Below, one piece after another: positions 15,433 to 25,130 of a stretch of 35,438 nucleotides of DNA. Each line of letters begins with the position of its first letter. The stretch's first letter is position 1. Source of the stretch: Chloroflexota bacterium (GTDB lineage: Bacteria > Chloroflexota > Dehalococcoidia > Lucifugimonadales > JACPCL1); contig JACQUI010000279.1 of the NCBI GenBank assembly GCA_016210395.1, positions 1-35,438 of the forward strand, in the 5' to 3' direction. A program made the position numbers and the translations under genes. Under the pieces are notes generated by a model. It searched no databases and was not told the DNA's origin. It was given only the letters and a program-made list of their open reading frames with translations.

Positions 15433-15876
15433 GTGGGCATGATTTCCACAGTTGAAGCGTTAAGTCCTGCTGATATGGGGGCCCTTCGCAAGGCCATAGA
15501 CCACGAGCTGGCCGGCCTGTTTCAGGAGTTGGCTATGGCGTGGCAGGAGATGCATGACCTGACCCGCTCTCAAGGACAGGAAAACTGGCTTGGAACCCAC
15601 CTGGCCGACGTGGGCGCGGAGATGGAGCAGCAGCAAGAGGTGGCCGCCCGGATAAACTGGGTGGAATCCTGGCTTGGGCAATGCAAAGACGCGTTGGCGC
15701 GGATGGAGATGTCCGTCTACGGCGTCTGTGTGGACTGCGGCCTGCCCATCCCCTTTCCCCGCCTGCGAGCGCTTCCAACCGCCGTGCGGGACATCGAGTG
15801 CCAGCGCCGCTTCGAAGCGCGGCCCAAGGACGAGGGGTGCGCTGACTGCCTCATGTCCGCCCGGTTCGTGGGCTAG
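15433..15876 (+). CDS. DksA/TraR-family zinc-finger protein
   Basis: Coiled-coil N-terminal part, then YGVCVDCGLPIPFPRLRALPTAVRDIECQ. CxxC is present; the second pair is reduced to a single Cys. ATG 15439 is an alternative start after GGGGGG. Confidence 0.8.
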   Translation: MGMISTVEALSPADMGALRKAIDHELAGLFQELAMAWQEMHDLTRSQGQENWLGTHLADVGAEMEQQQEVAARINWVESWLGQCKDALARMEMSVYGVCVDCGLPIPFPRLRALPTAVRDIECQRRFEARPKDEGCADCLMSARFVG

Positions 15877-15916
15877 CCAGGGCTCGGGTCTTGCTCAAAG
15901 CAAGACCCGAGCCTGG
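15877..15916. terminator. Strong hairpin between convergent dksA-like and ABC genes (bidirectional terminator candidate)
   Basis: GGCTCGGGTCTTGC (15881-15894) / GCAAGACCCGAGCC (15900-15913): 14 bp perfect, loop TCAAA, extended by CCAG/CTGG with one bulge. No U-tract on either side. Confidence 0.55.
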
Positions 15917-15976
15917 AGGAATCATCTACGCAGGTTGTGCGAGGCGTCCGCCGCGGCTTGTCCGTGCCTTGCCCGC

Positions 15977-17893
15977 CTACGCCCGCGAAGGCCGGGACGC
16001 TGGAGCGACGTCACCCTCATCCAGGGCGCCTTCCGCAGCCGCAGGCTCGTCCTGGAAGTTGAGGGAGTGGAGCTTGGTGTAGATGGGGCTGCGGCCAAGC
16101 AGCTCGTCGTGCGTGCCCGTGTCCACGATGCGCCCCTGGTCCATGACCACGATCATGTCCGCGTTCTGGATGGTGGACAGGCGGTGCGCAATGACGATGG
16201 CCGTGCGGTCCTTCAGCAGCTCCCGGAGGGCGCTCTGGATGAGCACCTCGGTGAAGGTGTCAATGTTGGCGGTGGCCTCGTCCAGGATGAGGATGCGTGG
16301 CGCGGCAAGGACGGCGCGTGCGAAGCTGATGAGCTGGCGCTGGCCCAAACTCAGGTTGCCGCCACGCTCGTGTAGAACGGTATCGTAGCCATGCTCCAGG
16401 CGCATGATGAAGTCGTGCGCGCCCACCGCCTTGGCCGCCTCGATCACCTTTTCCATCGGCGCGTCGGTGTGCTTGAACCGGATGTTGCCGGCCACGGAGA
16501 CGGAGTAGAGGAACGGCTCCTGGAGCACCATGCCCATCTGGCTTGCCAGCGACTCCCGGGTCACCTCCCGCAGGTCGTGGCCGTCCACTGTGATCCGCCC
16601 CTGGGTCACGTCGTAGAAGCGCGCCACAAGGGAGACCATGGTGCTTTTGCCCGCGCCCGTCTGGCCCACCAGGGCCACGGTCTGCCCCGGCCTGATGCGC
16701 AGGTTGATGTCCTGCAACACCGGCCGGCCCTTGATGTACTCGAACGTGACGTTCTCGTAGGCGATCTCGCCTCGAATTGCGGGCATGGGCTGCGCGTCCG
16801 GGCGGTCCACCACCTCCGGTTTGGCGTCCAGCAGCTCGAAGATGCGCTGGCCCGCGGTCATGGCGCGCTGGAACTGGGTGTACTGCATGGTCAGGCTGCG
16901 GATGGGGTCGAAGAAGCGCTGGACGTACAGCGCGAAGCCCACCAGCGCCCCGGCCAGAAGCTCGCCGTCCAGCACCATTGCGCCGCCCACCAGGATGACC
17001 AGCCCCAGCGCAATGGCCGTCAGCACCTCCACAGTGGGCATGAGGATGGCGGACAGGCGGATGGCCCACAGGTTGGCGTCCAGGTGGTCGCGGTTGACGT
17101 TGTCGAACTGGCGCAGGTTCAGCTCCTCGCGGTTGAAGCTCTGGACCACGCGCACGCCCGAGATGTTCTGCTGGAGCCGGGAGTTGACCACGGAGATGGC
17201 GGAGCGCACCCGGACGAACGCAGTCCGGGCGTACCGCTGCCAGACCGCCATGATGATGATGAGGAAGGGAACGACGACGAAGGTGACCAGAGCCAGCTTC
17301 ACGCTCATCAGGAGCATGACCGTCACAATCCCCACCAGGCTGATCATGTCCCCCAGGGTGAGCGTCAGCGTGGGCAGGAACTCCTGGAGCTGGTTCACGT
17401 CGCTCATGACCCGGCTCATGATGCGGCCAACCTCGTTCCGGTCAAAGAAGGGGACGGAGAGCGCCTGGAGGTGGTCGAACATGGCGGTGCGCATCTTGTA
17501 CAGCACCTGCTGGCTGATCTTGCCCAGCACCCGCATGTAGACGTAGTTGGCCGCCGCGTTCCCTACGACGATGACCACGAGCAGCAGGGCTGCCCGGGTC
17601 AAGCCTGACAGCAGCGCCGCGCGGTCAAGGTCTGATAGATCGCCGCTGCCTGCGAAGACGTAGCTGTCCAGAGTGCTGGCGATGAGCCAGGGCGTAGCGA
17701 CGGTGGTGGCTGTATACGCCAGCATCAGGAGCACGGCCAGAAGGAACATGCCCATGTGCTCCTTCAGGTACGGAACCAGGCGCTTGACCACCTCGTGGTC
17801 ATAGATCCTGCCGCGGTCTTCGTCGTCCAGTCCGCCACGCCCGCTCCAGTTGCCGCCGGGGCCGCCCCAGTGTCCGCCTGCACCGTGCATCAT
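15977..17893 (-). CDS. ABC exporter, fused permease/ATPase subunit (consensus Walker B, non-canonical signature)
   Basis: Six-TM exporter domain plus NBD. Walker A GQTGAGKST, signature LSLGQRQL, Walker B ILILDEATANID, H-loop IAHRLST. ATGA overlap with the upstream subunit at 17890-17893. Confidence 0.95.
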   Translation of the reverse strand: MMHGAGGHWGGPGGNWSGRGGLDDEDRGRIYDHEVVKRLVPYLKEHMGMFLLAVLLMLAYTATTVATPWLIASTLDSYVFAGSGDLSDLDRAALLSGLTRAALLLVVIVVGNAAANYVYMRVLGKISQQVLYKMRTAMFDHLQALSVPFFDRNEVGRIMSRVMSDVNQLQEFLPTLTLTLGDMISLVGIVTVMLLMSVKLALVTFVVVPFLIIIMAVWQRYARTAFVRVRSAISVVNSRLQQNISGVRVVQSFNREELNLRQFDNVNRDHLDANLWAIRLSAILMPTVEVLTAIALGLVILVGGAMVLDGELLAGALVGFALYVQRFFDPIRSLTMQYTQFQRAMTAGQRIFELLDAKPEVVDRPDAQPMPAIRGEIAYENVTFEYIKGRPVLQDINLRIRPGQTVALVGQTGAGKSTMVSLVARFYDVTQGRITVDGHDLREVTRESLASQMGMVLQEPFLYSVSVAGNIRFKHTDAPMEKVIEAAKAVGAHDFIMRLEHGYDTVLHERGGNLSLGQRQLISFARAVLAAPRILILDEATANIDTFTEVLIQSALRELLKDRTAIVIAHRLSTIQNADMIVVMDQGRIVDTGTHDELLGRSPIYTKLHSLNFQDEPAAAEGALDEGDVAPASRPSRA

Positions 17894-19704
17894 GCCTGAC
17901 GCCCTCCTCTGCCTGCATGGCGCCCAGCCGCGAGCGCGCCGTTCCGTCCGTTGACAGCGTTGACGCCGGCAGCCAGCGCATCCTGGGGCCGGAGCTGCAG
18001 CTCGTAGATCTCGCTGTAGGGGCCGGGGACGCCAACCAGCTCCTGGTGGCTACCTTGCTGGATAATCTCGCCGTCCTTGAGCACGACAATGACGTCGGCG
18101 TTCTTCACCGTGCTCAGGCGGTGCGCAATGACGAATGTCGTCCGCCCTTTCATCACGTCCACCAGGGCGGCCCGGATCAGGTGCTCCGTCTCCGTGTCAA
18201 CGCTGGAGGTGGAGTCGTCCAGTATCAGGATGGGCGGGTCCAGCAGGACGGTGCGGGCGATGGCCAGACGTTGGCGCTGGCCGCCGGAAAGTGTGATGCC
18301 GCGTTCGCCCACCCAGGTGTCGTAGCCTTCGGGCAGGGTCATGATGAAGTCGTGGAGCTGGGCGATCTTCGCGGCCCGCTCGACTTCCTCCTGGGTGGCG
18401 TCGGTCTTGCCGTAGGCGATGTTGTCTCGGATGGTGGTGGTGAAGAGGAACACGTCCTGCTGGACCGCGCCGATGTTGGCCCGCAGGGACTGGAGCGTCG
18501 TGTCCCGCACGTCAATGCCGTCAACGGTGACGTGCCCGCTGGTCACGTCGTAGAAGCGGGGGAGCAAGTGGGCCAGTGTGCTCTTGCCGCTGCCCGGCGC
18601 GCCCACCAGGGCAATGACCTGGGCGGGTTTCGCCTCCAGGTTGATGCCCTTCAGCACGGGCGAGATGGCGTCATAGGAAAAGGAGACGTCCTCGAACTTG
18701 ACGTGCCCCTTGAGCCGTGGCAGGACCGTGGCGTCCGGCTTCTCCCTGACCGGCGAAGCGGCGTCCAGGGTGGCGAAGAGACGCTGGCCCGATGACACGG
18801 CGCGTGAGTAGGTGTTGATGATCCACGACGACATGCGCACGGGCTGCGCCATGATGCCCAGGTAGAAGATGAACTGGGCTAGGCCGCCGGCCGTCAGCTC
18901 CCCGGCCAAAACCTGCCGGCCGCCGGCCCACAGGATCAGGACGGTTGCGCCCATGTGGTACAGGGTAACCAGGGAGGTATTGGAAGCCTGGTGGATCGCC
19001 GCCGTGTAGGAATGGTCCGAGACTTTCGTGGCGCTGTCCCTGAACTTCCCTCGCTCGTGCTCGTCGGCGGCGAACGCCTTGACGACCCGCTGGCCGGAGA
19101 GGTTCTCCTGGAGGATGGTGGTCATGCGGCCCATCTCGTTCTGGACGGCAAGCCACTCCCGCCGCAGACGGATGGTGACGCGGGCGGTGCTCCAGACGAC
19201 GTACGGCGCGAAGAGCAGGCTGAGGAGGGCCAGCTTCCAGTTCAGTAGGAAGATCGCAGCGCCCACGCCCAGGAACAGGATGAGCATGTACACGGCGCGG
19301 ATGAGGCCCGCCTGGATGAACATGCGCACGCTCTCCACGTCGGCGGTGGCCTTGGACATCAAATTGCCGGTCTGCTCCTTGTCATGAAAGGCGAAGCTCA
19401 TGCGCTGCAGGTGGTCGTAGAACTCGTTTCGCAGGTCGTAGGCCACCCACTGGCCGATGGACTCGCCAAGGTACTGCTGGCCGTAGGCGGCGATGCCCCG
19501 CGCAATGCTCAGGCCCAGGATGCCCCCCGCCAGGAGCAGCAGATGGCCCCGGTCGGGAGCGGTGAGAACGCTATCTATGGCGTCGCCCAGCAGGCGCGGC
19601 ACCAGGAGTGAGAAGACGGTGACGCCGAAGACGGAGAGGTAGGCCAGGAGGAGGACCCACTTGTACTTGAAGGTCTTCTTGGTGATGCGCCAGATGATCC
19701 GCAT
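17890..19704 (-). CDS. ABC exporter, fused permease/ATPase subunit (degenerate Walker B Asp)
   Basis: Start moved to ATG 19704 (MRIIWRITKKTFKYKW...), which lies downstream of the predicted promoter. Walker A GAPGSGKST, signature LSGGQRQR, Walker B ILILDDSTSSVD (Asp in place of the catalytic Glu). Confidence 0.9.
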   Translation of the reverse strand: MRIIWRITKKTFKYKWVLLLAYLSVFGVTVFSLLVPRLLGDAIDSVLTAPDRGHLLLLAGGILGLSIARGIAAYGQQYLGESIGQWVAYDLRNEFYDHLQRMSFAFHDKEQTGNLMSKATADVESVRMFIQAGLIRAVYMLILFLGVGAAIFLLNWKLALLSLLFAPYVVWSTARVTIRLRREWLAVQNEMGRMTTILQENLSGQRVVKAFAADEHERGKFRDSATKVSDHSYTAAIHQASNTSLVTLYHMGATVLILWAGGRQVLAGELTAGGLAQFIFYLGIMAQPVRMSSWIINTYSRAVSSGQRLFATLDAASPVREKPDATVLPRLKGHVKFEDVSFSYDAISPVLKGINLEAKPAQVIALVGAPGSGKSTLAHLLPRFYDVTSGHVTVDGIDVRDTTLQSLRANIGAVQQDVFLFTTTIRDNIAYGKTDATQEEVERAAKIAQLHDFIMTLPEGYDTWVGERGITLSGGQRQRLAIARTVLLDPPILILDDSTSSVDTETEHLIRAALVDVMKGRTTFVIAHRLSTVKNADVIVVLKDGEIIQQGSHQELVGVPGPYSEIYELQLRPQDALAAGVNAVNGRNGALAAGRHAGRGGRQA

Positions 19705-19782
19705 GGGACAGGTCCTCTGATTCCAGAGCACCAATGCCTGGGGTGCTCTTCCGTTGGCCTTTGGAGAGCCGCTCTGATTGCG

Positions 19783-19811
19783 ATTATACGCCTGGGGTGA
19801 GGGCGGCGCAA
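19783..19811 (-). promoter_or_regulatory. Promoter of the ABC exporter operon (TTGCGC-17 nt-TATAAT on the minus strand)
   Basis: Minus-strand TATAAT is plus attata at 19783-19788. TTGCGC is plus gcgcaa at 19806-19811. Spacer is 17 nt. Confidence 0.55.
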
Positions 19812-19830
19812 AAAGGTGGGAAAGCAACGC

Positions 19831-19866
19831 AAAAGGGGCGGCCCATCACAACGGGCGGCCCCTTTT
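19831..19866 (-). terminator. Rho-independent terminator of aceBA (A/T runs on both sides, potentially bidirectional)
   Basis: AAAAGGGGCGGCCC (19831-19844) / GGGCGGCCCCTTTT (19853-19866) with one mismatch and an 8-nt loop. On the minus strand it is followed by TTTTGCGTTGCTTT. Located 31 nt after the aceA stop. Confidence 0.7.
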
Positions 19867-19896
19867 GCGGTCTGCTTATCAATCGTTAGCGCGGGT

Positions 19897-21189
<1,293 letters not shown>

Positions 21190-21213
21190 TTCGAACCTCC
21201 TCAGTGCTTGTGT

Positions 21214-22788
21214 CTATTCCAGATAGCGGTAACCGGGGATGGTCAGGAACTCCACGAACGTGGGCGACAGGACCAGGTCGTCCAGCAGCTCCGCAGCCTT
21301 GTCCAGGGCGCCTGTGTTGCCGTGCGGGCGCGCCTCCACGAGCTTGGCGAGCTCGTCGGTGCGCAGCTCCGTATACAGGCTGCCGGTCACAGGACGGCCA
21401 TCGGCCAGCTTGGAGTTGGAGTTCAGCCACTGCCAGAGCTGTGCGCGCGCGATCTCAGCCGTGGCGGTGTCCTCCATCAACCCAAAGATGGCGACTGCGC
21501 CGCTACCCTGCACCCAAGCGTCCACGTATTGAAGGCATGCGCTGATGTTATTGCGCAGTCCGGCTTCAGTGATCTCGCCTGAAGGGATGGCCAGAAGGTC
21601 CGAGGCGGTCACCCTCACCTCGGGGATCTTGTGCAACTGGTTGTCGCTGGCGAACGCCTTGCTGAAGACCTGGTGCACAGGCTCCACCAGGCCGGGGTGG
21701 GCCACCCATGCGCCGTCGAACCCCTGACTGGCCTCGCGCTCCTTATCGGTGCGCACCTGGCCCAGGGCGCGTTCGTTGGCGGCCTGGTCATCCCTGCGGG
21801 GGATGTAGGTGGACATGCCGCCCAGGGCTTAGGAGCCGCGCTTGTGGCAGGTCTGCACCAGCAGCTCTGCGGCGGAGCTCAGGAAGTGCGTGGACATCGT
21901 CACCTGGGCGCGGTCTGGGAAAACCTTGTCCCTGTGGCCCGAAAAGGTCTTGATGAAGCTGTAGATGTAGTCCCAACGCCCCAGGTTCAGGCCGGAGATG
22001 TGGGTGCGCAGCTCGTACAGGATCTCCTCCATCTCAAAGACGGCCAGGATGTGCTCGATGAGCACCGTGGAGTTGATGGTCCCGTGCGGGACGCGCAAAG
22101 CGTCTTCCGAATAGCTGAAGACCTGGTCCCACAGCCGCGCTTCCAGGTGGGACTGCATCTTGGGCAGGTAGAAGTACGGCCCCGTGCCGTTGTCCAACTG
22201 AGCGTGCACGTTGTGGAAGAAGGTCATGCCGAAGTCGAAGAGCGCGCCGGAGACGGGCTGCCCGTCCACCATGACGTGGCGCTCCAGCAGGTGCCAGCCC
22301 CTGGGCCGGACCACCAGCGTGGCGGTCTGGGCGTTCAGCTTGTACTCACGGCCTTCGGGCGTTTTTACCTGGAGCTTGCGGCGGACCGCGCCGTACAGGT
22401 TGGCCTGGCCCTGGAGGGTGCCGCTCCAGTTCGGCGAGTGGGCATCCTCGAAGTCCGTCATGTATACCTGGGCGCCGGAGTTGAGGGCGTTGATGAACAT
22501 GCGCGGGTCGGCGCTGGGGCCGGTAATCTCCACGCGGCGGTTGGCCAGGTCTTTAGGCGCCTTGGCCACGCGCCACTCCCTGGCGCGGATGCCCGCGCTG
22601 CCGGGATGGAAGTCCGGCAGCCGTCCGGCATCAATCTCCGCCTGGCGAATCTTGCGGGCCTGCATGAGCGAGCGACGGGTCGGCTCGAACTCCCGGGCCA
22701 GGTCGGCCACGAAGGCCAACGCATCGGCGGTGACGATGGACATGGCATCGGCCGGGACTTTTCCAAGGACTTGAATGCTTGATTTCAT
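21214..22788 (-). pseudogene. aceB: Malate synthase A interrupted by a single in-frame TAA (21829-21831)
   Basis: Track ORFs 21829..22806 and 21214..21816 are in the same frame and together give a ~524-aa malate synthase A (MTDFEDAHSP, GLNLGRWDYIYSF, DGAWVAHPG). The junction reads CHKRGS*ALGGM where the family has CHKRGA[FHY]AMGGM. Start set at ATG 22788 (MKSSIQVLG), after GGGAGG. Confidence 0.85.
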
Positions 22789-22988
22789 TTTCGGTAAACC
22801 TCCCACTAAGCTATCCCCAGATTTTACGGTATTTCGCAGCTACGCTGCTACGGCGCGGGCCGCCATAGTCCTCCTGGGAACAGCATCGTGGAAGCTGGGT
22901 GGAACATGTGTCCGGCGCGGCCTCACCGGAAGAGCGATAGGTTAATCTGTATTATGCATCTCGTCTATATCACAGCGCGATGCTATTT

Positions 22989-23016
22989 ATAATACCTATA
23001 GTTTGGTATAAAGCAA
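22989..23016 (-). promoter_or_regulatory. Candidate aceBA promoter (TTGCTT-16 nt-TATTAT on the minus strand) in an AT-rich island
   Basis: Minus-strand TATTAT is plus ataata at 22989-22994. TTGCTT is plus aagcaa at 23011-23016. It would give a ~195-nt leader. Confidence 0.4.
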
Positions 23017-23179
23017 GAGGATGCAGTCTATGCGATGTATAGAACATATCTATAGTATGGGCCGCCATGACGAATCGCGTCACCGGTAGGACTGGGGCAT
23101 CTCCCATCTCTGGATCATGGGCTGCGACGGTCCAGAAACCGTCGCAAGGGGCCGTGAAAACTGCGAAGGTTGTGCCTTA

Positions 23180-23188
23180 TGGTATGAT
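23180..23188 (+). promoter_or_regulatory. Extended -10 element TGgTATGAT facing the coiled-coil protein gene
   Basis: TGGTATGAT at 23180-23188, the same TGGTATNNT form as at 5449-5457. No good -35 element. Confidence 0.3.
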
Positions 23189-23385
23189 GCGTTCGCATCG
23201 GGTACTAGTGCCAATACATCAGGTTGCTTGAAATGCCTCGCCTGGACGCCGGAGCAGGGCAGGGAGGGGGTGATTCACATATGGAAGAGAGCAACTAGCC
23301 GCAGCTCGCCGGGACGTGTACGCTGGTGTGGGCCGCGCGCCTCCCCTGCGGCCCGCACAGGACGCCTTCCTCAGGAGGTGACTCT

Positions 23386-24147
23386 ATGGCCTCACGAAAA
23401 GAACCGGCGCCATTCATCTGGTCGTGGCAGAGCCCCGCCTTCCTCGTCACCGCAACATTGCTGTTGATCATCGTGGCAGTGCTCTTGGTCATCGCCCTGG
23501 ACCTGGACAAGCTGGTGGCTGTCATGATCGCCCTGCTGGCGCTGGACGGCCTCATCGCTGGGGCAGTGGGCTACCAAATTGCCGTCACCAAGGCGAGCAG
23601 CGATTGGGAGACCCAGGTCTCGCAGGTCAGGGATGAGGCGAAGCTCGATGCGGATACCTACTGGGAGGCCAAGCTGGGAAGCCTGCGGGAGGAGGTGCGG
23701 GCGCAGGTGGAGGCGGAGATGGCCCTTCGTCTGGCGGAGGCCCGCCGGCAGGGAAGGGAGGAAGCCGAAGCCTTGTGGGATGCCCGCCTGACCAAGGCTC
23801 TGGCTGAAGCCCGGGCAGAGGCCGAGCGCCAGTGGGAGATGCGCTTGGCTATGGAGGTGGACAAGGCGAAGCTGGAGGCCTACCGCGAGATGGAGGAGCG
23901 CCTCTTGCGCAGGATGGAGGCGGCTACGCAGTCCACGCCCGCCGGCGTGGCTGGTCCATCGCCGGCGCCGCTACCGCCTGCCGCACAGGCCAGCGCCGCG
24001 GCGCCGCGGCAGGCCGTCATCACACAGTTCCGCCTGCAGCCCCGCCAGCCCAGTGAACCGGCCGCTGCGCCGCCGCGTCCCGCTCCCCGCGAAGGCGAAT
24101 CCTACATTGAGCGCCTGCGCAAGACGTATCTGGAGAAGCGAGGGTAG
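23386..24147 (+). CDS. Membrane-anchored coiled-coil protein with 19-residue repeats and Pro/Ala-rich tail, function unknown
   Basis: Start set at ATG 23386, preceded by AGGAGG 7 nt upstream. Two TM helices (FLVTATLLLIIVAVLLVIAL, VAVMIALLALDGLIAGAVGY). Charged helical region with W/M-[ED]-x-[KR]-L recurring every 19 aa. Confidence 0.6.
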   Translation: MASRKEPAPFIWSWQSPAFLVTATLLLIIVAVLLVIALDLDKLVAVMIALLALDGLIAGAVGYQIAVTKASSDWETQVSQVRDEAKLDADTYWEAKLGSLREEVRAQVEAEMALRLAEARRQGREEAEALWDARLTKALAEARAEAERQWEMRLAMEVDKAKLEAYREMEERLLRRMEAATQSTPAGVAGPSPAPLPPAAQASAAAPRQAVITQFRLQPRQPSEPAAAPPRPAPREGESYIERLRKTYLEKRG

Positions 24148-24244
24148 CGCCTCACACCCCGTTCGTGGTTCGACACGCTCACCACAAACGGGCCACGCTT
24201 ACCAGGAACGGCGCTTGAACCAGACTGCGTTGGCGAACGCGTTG

Positions 24245-24266
24245 GGGGCGCAAGGCCTTGCGCCCC
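24245..24266. terminator. Perfect 22-nt palindrome GGGGCGCAAGG/CCTTGCGCCCC between convergent genes
   Basis: Lies between the stop at 24147 (+) and the pheA stop at 24300 (-). No U-tracts. Confidence 0.45.
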
Positions 24267-24299
24267 TACAGCGCCCCAGCCCCGAGCGTCGCGTTTCCA

Positions 24300-25130
24300 T
24301 CACCCCCCGTTCGCGTATCTCGGGTAGGAGCCGAAGACCTTAAGCACCGCAACCTGGCGGCGCAGCGCCTCGATTGCTTCGGCCACCACGGGGTCCAGCC
24401 GGTGGCCCGCCATGTCCAGCAGGAACACGTACTGCCCGAGGCTCTGCTTGGTGGGGCGCGACTCTACTTTCACCAGATTCACCTTCCGGCGGGCGAACTC
24501 CCCCAGCGCTGCGTGCAGCAGGCCGGGGCGGTCGTCGTTGAACCAGAAGCACAGGGAGGTCTTGTCGTTGCCCGTAGGCGGGCTGTCGGTGTGGGCCAGC
24601 GCCACGAAGCGCGTGACGTTGGAGGGGTTGTCCTGGATGCCTCTGGCCAGCACCTCCATGCCGTAGAGTTGGGCGGCGCGCAGCGTGCCGATGGCCGCCG
24701 CCCCGTCCGGCTGGAGGCGGAGCTGTTCAGCGGCGGCAGCGGTGCTCATGGCCGGCACAACCGCTGCATTGGGGAAACGTCGCGCTATGTAGGCACGGCA
24801 TTGCCCCAGCGCTTGGGGATGGGAATAAATGGTGCGGATGTCCGTCTCCCGCATGCCGGGAGGCGCCAGCAGGCAGTGCTCGATGGGGATGACAAGCTCG
24901 CGGCGTATGAGCAGCGACGTGCCGTGGACGAGGAGGTCCAGCGTGTCGTTGACCGAGCCTTCCAGGCTGTTCTCAATGGGCACGACGCCCTCGTCTGCCT
25001 TGCCGTTCGCTACTGCTTGCGCCACCGCGCCGATAGATGGAAAAGGGACAAGCTCGGCTTCGGGCGCATACCGGAGGGCCGCTGCCTCCGTAAAGGTGCC
25101 GGCGGGACCAAAGTACGCTACCTTTGCCAT
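24300..25130 (-). CDS. pheA: Prephenate dehydratase with C-terminal ACT domain
   Basis: VAYFGPAGTFTEAAA, PIENSLEGSV, TRF motif (NVTRFVAL), ACT domain (LLHAALGEFARRKVNLVKVESRP). Its ATG shares one base with the trkA stop (TGATG). Confidence 0.95.
   Translation of the reverse strand: MAKVAYFGPAGTFTEAAALRYAPEAELVPFPSIGAVAQAVANGKADEGVVPIENSLEGSVNDTLDLLVHGTSLLIRRELVIPIEHCLLAPPGMRETDIRTIYSHPQALGQCRAYIARRFPNAAVVPAMSTAAAAEQLRLQPDGAAAIGTLRAAQLYGMEVLARGIQDNPSNVTRFVALAHTDSPPTGNDKTSLCFWFNDDRPGLLHAALGEFARRKVNLVKVESRPTKQSLGQYVFLLDMAGHRLDPVVAEAIEALRRQVAVLKVFGSYPRYANGG

Noticed and set aside
19705-19827. 41-aa N-terminal extension of the upstream ABC subunit
   Set aside because: It would start upstream of the TTGCGC-17-TATAAT promoter. 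ATG 19704 begins the usual basic N-terminus before TM1.
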